Positions 7,646-14,397 of a DNA stretch of 20,000 nucleotides are shown here, one piece after another. The notes beneath the pieces are model-generated. The model saw only the letters and a program-made list of their open reading frames with translations. It searched no databases and was not told the DNA's origin. The DNA comes from an uncultured virus (IMG/VR IMGVR_UViG_3300049744_000074). Lineage: Duplodnaviria > Heunggongvirae > Uroviricota > Caudoviricetes. The stretch is taken from the IMG/VR virus record IMGVR_UViG_3300049744_000074; one strand, 5' to 3'. Each line of letters starts with the position of its first letter. The stretch's first letter is position 1. Made by a program: the position numbers and the translations under genes.

Positions 7646-8101
7646 ATGAGGCCCATTGAGCGGAATGCAGCCTGGGCGGACGCGTGCGGCGTCCCGTTGG
7701 TGATGTCGGGCCAACTCCCGAAATCCCGCATTTATCCAGACCATCTCCTGTCGCGGCGCGTGCCGCCGGTGCACCGGCCGGGGCGCGCTGGCGACCCGCC
7801 GCCGCGCGAGCCGCTCATGGGTGGAATCGACCCCGTCTGCGTGCGCTGCAGCCATTCGTGCGACGAACGCTGCGGGGAATGCGGCACCCTCATCCATCGC
7901 CAGTGCGCGATCAAGGGCTGCCCCGGCTGTGAAATCGAAGCCGCCCGCAGGGAGCGCGAAGCGCTGCTAGCTAAGGGGCTGCCGGCCGAGGACGTGCCGC
8001 TGCTTCGACCGCGGTTCCTGGGAGCGGCGTCGGTGGCGTTCTTCGCCGGCTTCGTGTGTGCCGCGATCCTGTTTGCCATGTTCTTGCGCGCGTGGAGGTG
8101 A
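7646..8101 (+). CDS. Cys-rich (Zn-binding) hypothetical protein with C-terminal TM helix
   Basis: SD GGGAGG; CxxC pairs CVRC, CGEC, CPGC; hydrophobic C-terminus FLGAASVAFFAGFVCAAILFAMFL. Confidence 0.6.
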   Translation: MRPIERNAAWADACGVPLVMSGQLPKSRIYPDHLLSRRVPPVHRPGRAGDPPPREPLMGGIDPVCVRCSHSCDERCGECGTLIHRQCAIKGCPGCEIEAARREREALLAKGLPAEDVPLLRPRFLGAASVAFFAGFVCAAILFAMFLRAWR

Positions 8102-8104
8102 ACG

Positions 8105-8461
8105 GTGAACGAGATCGCCAACAGCGTGCGGAAATGCCGCGAGTGCGGATGCACTGAGGAGAAGGACTGCCCGCTGCTCAAGCAACGTCATTGGGCAGCG
8201 CAGGACTGGTGCAGCGCCTGCCGCGACCGTCACCCCGGGCACCGCATGGTGCTGCGGCAGCAGACCTCTGGGCTGCGGCATTACGTGGATGAAAAGCCTG
8301 TCAAATGCGACGCGTGGCTGGAAGTGCGGATCGACAGAGCGTGGGTGCTGGTTCGTTACGAATGGACCTGCCACCGCAACGATAGCCCCCTGCTGTACAC
8401 GGGCGCCGGGAAGCTTCTCCCCAATCCTGACGCCCGCTACCGCTGGCCGGAGGACGCATGA
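8105..8461 (+). CDS. Phage Zn-finger protein with DUF5348-like C-terminal domain
   Basis: SD GGAGGT; CRECGCTE..DC...W...DWCSAC; C-terminal RHYVDEKPVKCDAWLEVRIDRAWVLVRYEW resembles DUF5348 (from recall). Confidence 0.65.
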   Translation: MNEIANSVRKCRECGCTEEKDCPLLKQRHWAAQDWCSACRDRHPGHRMVLRQQTSGLRHYVDEKPVKCDAWLEVRIDRAWVLVRYEWTCHRNDSPLLYTGAGKLLPNPDARYRWPEDA

Positions 8462-8679
8462 GCCGCCTCCTGGCCAATCCGGAAATTCTCGAACGCGCGC
8501 GGCATGACGCGGCGGTGTACCAGGCGATGCAGTACCTCCAGTCGGGCTCTTACGACGAGGTGCAGGTTTTGATGGGCCTGGTGGTCTATCTGTCGCGGGA
8601 TCGCGAGCGCCTGCGCGGCGAGCTGGTGCGGGCGCGGCGGCTCGATGCCTGCCCGCCCTCCTTCTCGCTTTTTCCCTAG
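8458..8679 (+). CDS. Hypothetical phage protein
   Basis: ATGA overlap with upstream gene, SD GGAGG, helical 73-aa product. Confidence 0.7.
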   Translation: MSRLLANPEILERARHDAAVYQAMQYLQSGSYDEVQVLMGLVVYLSRDRERLRGELVRARRLDACPPSFSLFP

Positions 8680-8690
8680 GTCCTTTCCTT

Positions 8691-8812
8691 CGCGGCCTCG
8701 TGGGCCGCGGAAGTCCGGGCCGGCGGTGTGTACTCCCCGCCGGCTTTTTCCCTTGTCCTTCTCCCAGGGCCCGGCGCCGGGTGTGTTCCCCCCGGCGCCG
8801 CCTCCCTTTTTT
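8691..8812 (+). terminator. Cluster of three GC-rich hairpins, two followed by T-runs (intrinsic terminator/attenuator-like)
   Basis: Stems CGCGGCC/GGCCGCG (8691-8709), GCCGGCGG/CCGCCGGC plus TTTTT (8719-8749), and CGGCGCCGGG/CCCGGCGCCG (8772-8800) with T6 at 8807-8812. Confidence 0.6.
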
Positions 8813-8830
8813 CTTGCAAAGGAGTCCCCC

Positions 8831-9598
8831 GTGCCCGAGCCGTTTCGATCCCCCTTCGTCAAACCCAGCCGCGAAGACCTGGTCAACCGCTTTTCCTACC
8901 ACGCGCCGCGCGGCGACCAGCCCAGCCGGTTCAACCGGATCCGGACGACGATCCTGGTGGCGGCGATCGATATCGTCGACCTCACGCCCTGCTCCCCGGA
9001 GCAGACGCGGGCGCTCAACGCGCTGGATGAGGCGATGTGCCTGGCCAATGCCGCGATCGCGCGCGGGGAAATGTCCGTGCACGAGCCGGCCGGGAGCACG
9101 GCACCAAGTGGTGGCGGACGCCCGCTGACGACGCGCAGCCGCGTGATGATCTGCGAGGGAGGCCTGCGAGGATGCGATGGCCGGATCCTCTCGGACAAGA
9201 CGGGCATCGCTGGCGTCTGGTGGGTGGGTGTTGATAGGGATCCGGCGGGCCGGCCGTGGCGTTCCGGGCCTCCGCAGATGTTCCGGGAGTACGAGCTGCA
9301 CGTTCTGCCCGAGGAATCGGATGAGGAATTCGAGATCTCGGTCAATGACTGGCTGGTCGCGCGGGCGATCGGCCAGACGGCCGCATCTCCCGCCACGCCT
9401 GCACCGGTGCAGCTCACGCCGGCCACACCGCTCAACAGCGACGTGGCGGCCGGCGACATGGACCTGCCCAACGCCTGCGGGGCGCTCACCGAGCCAGCGG
9501 CCGCCGTCGAGACGCTTGCGTCGACCTCTCCGGCCATCGAAGACCCCGCCCCCGCCCCCGAACAGGCCGCCCCCGCGGCAGAGGGTGGTGCCGCTTGA
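8831..9598 (+). CDS. Acb2/Tad1-like helical-hairpin domain fused to an SH3/KOW-like domain and an Ala/Pro-rich tail
   Basis: SD AAAGGAG before GTG 8831; DLVNRFSYHAPRGDQPSRFNRIR...TPCSPEQTRALNALDEAMCLANAAIAR matches the recalled family pattern NRFTYHxP..Q..RY..IR...CP.SRE.SLA...LEEA.MWANAAIAR. Confidence 0.65.
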   Translation: MPEPFRSPFVKPSREDLVNRFSYHAPRGDQPSRFNRIRTTILVAAIDIVDLTPCSPEQTRALNALDEAMCLANAAIARGEMSVHEPAGSTAPSGGGRPLTTRSRVMICEGGLRGCDGRILSDKTGIAGVWWVGVDRDPAGRPWRSGPPQMFREYELHVLPEESDEEFEISVNDWLVARAIGQTAASPATPAPVQLTPATPLNSDVAAGDMDLPNACGALTEPAAAVETLASTSPAIEDPAPAPEQAAPAAEGGAA

Positions 9599-9933
9599 AG
9601 GACGAGACCCCCACCACCCCCACCCCCGCCACCCACCTGCCGGCCCACCCGCTCGAAGCGCAGATGCGCGATCCGTCGATCCTGCTGCCGCACGCGATCG
9701 AGCTGGCGATGTCCAAGGCCCGCGACCTGCAGGACCAGCTCGAGACGATGGACCCGGAGACCGGCGCCCCGCTGGGCGAGATCTCGCAGGTCCTGGTGAA
9801 GCTGACCGAGGCGGGCCAGTGGTGCCGGACCCTGGGCGACATCATGGCGCATCTCCAGTCGCTGCGCAACCGCGGGCCGGCGGGGGGGGGAATTGTCATC
9901 GCCAAGAGCATGCCGCGGGACCTGGAGAGCTGA
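9595..9933 (+). CDS. Hypothetical phage protein
   Basis: TTGA overlap with upstream stop; high GC3; helical product. Confidence 0.65.
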   Translation: MKDETPTTPTPATHLPAHPLEAQMRDPSILLPHAIELAMSKARDLQDQLETMDPETGAPLGEISQVLVKLTEAGQWCRTLGDIMAHLQSLRNRGPAGGGIVIAKSMPRDLES

Positions 9934-9935
9934 TC

Positions 9936-10268
9936 GTGGTGACACGCAAGGAAATGGAGGCCCGCCTGGTCAAGCACGGGACGATGCTCGCCGCCTGGGG
10001 CACGACGGTGCTGGTGGGGTTCCTGCGGTCGGCCGAGACGCTCTATCCGACGTCCGTCCGCCGGCTGGAGATCTGGGACCAGGCGCGGATCCTGGCGATG
10101 GTGGTCGGCGATCGTGTGCAGGTGCGCCTCGCCCAGGAGCCGGTGCCCGACGTGATGGACGAGCGGCAATTCCTGGTGCAGCTGCAGGCGGTCGACCGGG
10201 CCTATGCCCTGGAGCTGCTCAAGGAAGGGGACCGGATCACCGGCCGCGACAAGGCGCGGCGCAACTGA
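9936..10268 (+). CDS. Hypothetical phage protein
   Basis: GGAGAG before GTG 9936/9939; 3' part of the 9177-10268 ORF, with typical codon bias. Confidence 0.65.
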   Translation: MVTRKEMEARLVKHGTMLAAWGTTVLVGFLRSAETLYPTSVRRLEIWDQARILAMVVGDRVQVRLAQEPVPDVMDERQFLVQLQAVDRAYALELLKEGDRITGRDKARRN

Positions 10269-10298
10269 CATGTCTGTTTTTCGAGCAGGGAGGCTCAG

Positions 10299-10523
10299 GT
10301 GGAGCAATTTCAGAAAGGGCAGCGGGTGGTGGTGACGGCCGAGGATCATGCGTGCGCCGGCAAGGCCGGCACGGTGGCCCGGGCGATCGACGGGGGCGTG
10401 CGCGCGTGGGTGGACCTGGATGAAGCGCCGCCGGAGCGGGTGCGGGCGTTTTCGCCCGAGGATGCCCTGCGGTCGCATTGGGTGAAGCTGTTTCCCGAGG
10501 ACTGCGAACTGGAGAGATCATGA
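10299..10523 (+). CDS. Small KOW/SH3-like protein
   Basis: SD GGGAGG; FQKGQRVVVT...AGKAGTV is a KOW-like motif. Confidence 0.65.
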   Translation: MEQFQKGQRVVVTAEDHACAGKAGTVARAIDGGVRAWVDLDEAPPERVRAFSPEDALRSHWVKLFPEDCELERS

Positions 10524-10915
10524 CCGAGGAAGAACTGGCCAAGTTGAAATCGCGGGCGGGGACGCCGGCCATCCAGCTGCGCGTCGAGATCGCGCCACTG
10601 GACAAGTGGGAAATCTGCAAATGCGGGTGCGGGGCGCCCAATCCGGATGTGAACGCGGTGAGCCATGCTGATTTTCGCTCCCTGCCATTAGCCACGGCGG
10701 CCTGCTGCCTGGCCGCTGCGTATGCACGAATCAATCAGCTGCTGGGCGATCTGCTAAGCCGACTGCCGGCGGAAGCACGCGCGGGCTTCGTGGCGATCCT
10801 CCAGGAGCAGGCCCGCGAGTACAGCCAGGTGGAGGCTGCCGCGATCCCGCGCGAGCAGATCGGTCAGGCGGAGGCATGCTTTTTTCCACCGGCGCGAGCG
10901 CCCGGCGTCGGGTGA
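10520..10915 (+). CDS. CxCGCG-motif hypothetical protein, paralog A
   Basis: ATGA overlap, SD GGAG; WEICKCGCGAP; similar to the next gene. Confidence 0.75.
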   Translation: MTEEELAKLKSRAGTPAIQLRVEIAPLDKWEICKCGCGAPNPDVNAVSHADFRSLPLATAACCLAAAYARINQLLGDLLSRLPAEARAGFVAILQEQAREYSQVEAAAIPREQIGQAEACFFPPARAPGVG

Positions 10916-10961
10916 CTCATGCGCGGGCGTTGCGACTGTTTCCTGATGAACTGGAGAAATC

Positions 10962-11351
10962 ATGAGCGAAGTGGCCAAGCCAACCCCCCGGCCGATCATC
11001 GAGGTGCGCGTCGAGCTGGGGCCCCCGGACGCTTGGGAGAAATGCGACTGTGGATGCGGCTCACCCGTGTGCACCTTCCGGTCTGCCAATCTGTTCGACA
11101 CGCGGTCATTGCCAAACGCCGACGCCGTCGCCGACGCGATTGCGATCCTGATCTGTGAAATGCGGGCGCTCCACCAGCAGGCCTTGGAGAGCGTGGAGCC
11201 TGGGAGGCGGGCGAAGATGGCGGCGCGGATCGCGCAGCAGTCGGCCCAACGCTGGGAAGTCCGGCAGGTGGCCTCCGGGTTCGAAGGAGCGGCCGCGGTG
11301 GCGGTGCGCGATGCGATCTTCCCGCCGGCCCGCATGCCGGGGAAAGGCTGA
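10962..11351 (+). CDS. CxCGCG-motif hypothetical protein, paralog B
   Basis: SD GGAG; WEKCDCGCGSP; C-terminus IFPPARMPGKG versus FFPPARAPGVG in paralog A. Confidence 0.75.
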   Translation: MSEVAKPTPRPIIEVRVELGPPDAWEKCDCGCGSPVCTFRSANLFDTRSLPNADAVADAIAILICEMRALHQQALESVEPGRRAKMAARIAQQSAQRWEVRQVASGFEGAAAVAVRDAIFPPARMPGKG

Positions 11352-11354
11352 CCC

Positions 11355-11648
11355 ATGCGCGAGCGCCGGGAGCATCGCGAGGACCTGTTCGGCGTCGACG
11401 CCGCGGCGGACCGCGAGCTGGTCGACACCGAGGAAGCGGCGCGGATCGCCGGCGAGACGGTCAACGCGTTCCTCACCGGCGTGGAGACCGGCCTGTACCC
11501 CAAGTGGCACGGCTGGCCGGACGTGAAGCGGCAGTACGTGTGGACCCCGCGGGGGTGGAAGAAATACCCCCGCTGGCGGCGCGGCGATGTGATCGCGGCC
11601 GTCGCCCGGCGCAACGAGCGGTCCCCCTTCGGCCGCCGACGGGATTGA
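11355..11648 (+). CDS. AlpA/excisionase-like winged-HTH DNA-binding protein
   Basis: ELVDTEEAARIAGETVNAFLTGVETGLYPK...RWRRGDV pattern. Confidence 0.55.
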   Translation: MRERREHREDLFGVDAAADRELVDTEEAARIAGETVNAFLTGVETGLYPKWHGWPDVKRQYVWTPRGWKKYPRWRRGDVIAAVARRNERSPFGRRRD

Positions 11649-11667
11649 CCTCAGGAGACCACGGACG

Positions 11668-12438
11668 GTGTCGGAAGAGGATGACAGTTATTTCGGCCGC
11701 AAGCGGGCACTGGTCCGCAATGCGCTCGCCGAGATGAAAGGATTGGCGTCCAAGGTGATGCACGTGCTGGAACTCAGACAGGACACCCGCACCGCGCTGG
11801 TGGAGATCGGCACCGCCGAACTGGCGGCGGCCGCCGGCAGCGATCGCCGCGACGTGGCACGGGCGCTCCAGGACCTGGTGGAGCTGCGCACCATCGAGAT
11901 CCTCGACGAGGGGGGCGGCTTCGGCCACAAGAAACGCATCCGCCTCCTGGTCACTCCGCCCCCCGCCTCCCGCCCCTCCTCGCCCCAACAACAGGGGGAA
12001 AATCCCCCGGAACTACAGGGGGATTTTCCCACATCTACTGGGGGAATTTCTTCAGCTACTGGGGGATTTACCACAGGCTACGGGGGGAAATTCCCCCCCC
12101 GATCTCTACAACTGCAATCTACACACACTACAGGGAACGGGCCGGCCGACTACGGGGGGAAATTCCCCCCCTTTCAGAATGGCACCGCCCCGTCCTCCCC
12201 ACCCCCCCACCGACGCCCCCCCCACCCACCGGGTTCTTCGGAAGAACGGGAGGAGTTTTTGCGCGGCAAGGGGATCTATCCCAAGTCGGCGCGCAAGTAC
12301 GCCCGGCTCTTCACGCTCAAGCGGTTGTGCGAGTTGTGGCGCGAGGTCGACGGCAATCCCCGGCTCAAAGGAGCGAAGCGTGCGGCGGCGTTCGCCGTCG
12401 TGCTCAAGGAACACGCCCCGGAACGTCCGGGCGAATGA
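11668..12438 (+). CDS. Putative phage replication initiator (N-terminal winged HTH, iteron-coding linker, small C-terminal domain)
   Basis: SD AGGAG; wHTH IGTAELAAAAGSDRRDVARALQDLVELRTIEI; central repeat region; architecture analogous to lambda O. Confidence 0.65.
   Translation: MSEEDDSYFGRKRALVRNALAEMKGLASKVMHVLELRQDTRTALVEIGTAELAAAAGSDRRDVARALQDLVELRTIEILDEGGGFGHKKRIRLLVTPPPASRPSSPQQQGENPPELQGDFPTSTGGISSATGGFTTGYGGKFPPRSLQLQSTHTTGNGPADYGGKFPPFQNGTAPSSPPPHRRPPHPPGSSEEREEFLRGKGIYPKSARKYARLFTLKRLCELWREVDGNPRLKGAKRAAAFAVVLKEHAPERPGE
11989..12171. repeat. Iteron-like repeats, putative replication origin
   Basis: C(T/A)ACnGGGGGA(A/T)(A/T)(A/T)... copies start at 11989, 12013, 12035, 12056, 12078 and 12150; spacing of the first five is 24, 22, 21 and 22 bp. 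Confidence 0.75.
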
Positions 12439-12462
12439 ACTTTTTCGAGAGAGGAATTCCCC

Positions 12463-14376
12463 ATGCCCACCAAAACGGCAAAGCGCCCATCTCCCCCCAC
12501 CCCGCGGAACCTGCGCGCGGCGGCCGACGCCGTCGACCACGCGCTCCAGGGCGCCGCGGCTTCGCGGTACCCGGTCCAGGATGTGCCCTGCGCGGAGATC
12601 GTCGACGACGGACACAATCACCGCGAGAACATCAAGGCCGACGACGCGGCGATCGCGGAGCTGGCCAAGTCGATGGGCGAGGGCGGGCAGCTGCAGGCGG
12701 TGCGCGTGTTCCGCGGGGCCGACGGGAAATATCACCTGATCTTCGGGTTCCGCCGGCTGCAGGCGGGCCGGAAATTAAAGTGGCCGACGATCCGGGCGGA
12801 AGTGGTGCCGATCGTGGTCAGTGACGCCGAGCGCCACCGCCAGCGGGCCGAGGAGAACCTCAAGCGGCGCAACCTGACGCCCGCGGAGGAGACCATCGCG
12901 GTGCACGAGCTGGTGGAGGCCAACGCCCCGATGCACGGCCTGGAGAAGGCGATCGACAAGGCGGCGGCGGACCTGGGCCAGTCGCGCAAGTGGGTCGATG
13001 ACCGCTACCGCGTCTTTGAGAAACTCTGCAAGGCCGGGCGCATCCTGCTGGGGGAAGGGAAGCTCAACCTGGGCCAGGCGCGGGCGCTGATCAAGATCGG
13101 CGACGGCGACGTCCAGGAGATGCACGCGAAAGATATCGCCCGATCGTTCGACCGCGGCGCGATGATCAGCGTGCAGCAGGTGGAAGGGTTTGTCCAGGAT
13201 CACAAGCACTCGCTGAAGGTGGTGCCCTGGGACGTCGGGGCATCGATGAAGACCGGCGTGAAGGGATGCGACCGCTGCATCGGCTGCGCGCACAACACGG
13301 CCACCAACCCGACCTTTTTCGATGTGGGCAAGGACGAGGCGAAGGACGGCGTCGGGAGCTGCACGCTGTCGCTGGGCTTCGAGGCCAAGGAGCAGATGAC
13401 GGCCAAGGCGCAGCAGGAGGCGGTCAAGAAGATCCGGAAGCAGGTGCAGAGCAAGCAGGTCGAGAAATCGAGCGCGGCGTCGGCGCCGGTGGTGCGCGAG
13501 GCCGTCGAGGAGTATGTGCGGCCGGAGACGGTGCAGCGGCTGGTGAAAAAGGAGATGGGGGCGCCCAAGGAAGCCGCGGGCAAGGGGACGAAGGGGGCGA
13601 AGGGGGGGGCGGCCAAGCCGGCGAAAAAGGAGACCGAGAAGGATCGGCGCTGCAAGGCGCAGGCGAAGTGGGCCAACGCCTTCGGGGAGTGGCGCAGGCA
13701 GCTGGACCAGGAAGTCGACCGTGTTCTGCAGAAGGATCCGCACCTTCTGCTGGCGATGGCCGCGATCAACCTTTCCGCGGCCGCAGATTCGCATGAGCAG
13801 TACCTGCTTTACTACTGGGAAGGGTCCGGCTTTGCCGAGCCCAAGCCGGAGAAGGCGGTCTCGCCCAAGCTGGCGGCGATGCTGGATCGCGTGCAGACGC
13901 GCAGCTACGAGTCGCTGCTGGCGTTGGCCGCGGAGCCGCACCCCGATCTGATGTTTAACAGCCTCGTCACCCACGGCGGTCCCGAGTTCTGCAGCCGGAT
14001 CGCGAAGGCGTTCGGGGTGACGCCCAAGAAGCCGCAGCCGGTGTTCGAGGATTTCCTGCCCGAGGATCTGCGGCCCACGAAGCCCGAGACGAAACCCACT
14101 GAAGCGAAGGCCGCGGCCGCGGGCAAGTCCATTCCGTTTCCCGACGGCGCTGTCGTGGCGCTCCGCATGGGCGGCGACGTGGGCCACGTCGTCGGCCACA
14201 CCGGCAACCAGCTGAGCGTCAAGTGGCTAGACGGGTCGGAGTCGACGGTGGCGCAATCGAAACTGCGAATCGCGACCCTGACCGAAGTCGAGGAATACCA
14301 CGGTCGGCGCAACACCAAACCTGACGATTTCGAGGACGAGGACGAGGGCCGCGCGGGCGACTCTCGCGACGAGTAA
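12463..14376 (+). CDS. ParB/RepB/Spo0J-family protein with Cys cluster and C-terminal SH3-like domain
   Basis: IAELAKSM...GQLQAVRV...YHLIFGFRRLQA...EENLKRRNLTPAEE plus HTH AAADLGQSRKWV; CIGC...C cluster; SD GAGAGG. Confidence 0.85.
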   Translation: MPTKTAKRPSPPTPRNLRAAADAVDHALQGAAASRYPVQDVPCAEIVDDGHNHRENIKADDAAIAELAKSMGEGGQLQAVRVFRGADGKYHLIFGFRRLQAGRKLKWPTIRAEVVPIVVSDAERHRQRAEENLKRRNLTPAEETIAVHELVEANAPMHGLEKAIDKAAADLGQSRKWVDDRYRVFEKLCKAGRILLGEGKLNLGQARALIKIGDGDVQEMHAKDIARSFDRGAMISVQQVEGFVQDHKHSLKVVPWDVGASMKTGVKGCDRCIGCAHNTATNPTFFDVGKDEAKDGVGSCTLSLGFEAKEQMTAKAQQEAVKKIRKQVQSKQVEKSSAASAPVVREAVEEYVRPETVQRLVKKEMGAPKEAAGKGTKGAKGGAAKPAKKETEKDRRCKAQAKWANAFGEWRRQLDQEVDRVLQKDPHLLLAMAAINLSAAADSHEQYLLYYWEGSGFAEPKPEKAVSPKLAAMLDRVQTRSYESLLALAAEPHPDLMFNSLVTHGGPEFCSRIAKAFGVTPKKPQPVFEDFLPEDLRPTKPETKPTEAKAAAAGKSIPFPDGAVVALRMGGDVGHVVGHTGNQLSVKWLDGSESTVAQSKLRIATLTEVEEYHGRRNTKPDDFEDEDEGRAGDSRDE

Positions 14377-14397
14377 TCCGCCGCCAGGGAGGGCGCC

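Noticed and set aside
10520..11351. Possible diversity-generating retroelement TR/VR pair
   Set aside because: Similarity is mainly at protein level, differences are not adenine-specific, and no reverse transcriptase is in the window.
11989..12171. Possible CRISPR array
   Set aside because: The period is only about 22 bp with no spacer-sized unique sequence, the repeats lie inside a CDS, and there are no cas genes; iterons fit better.
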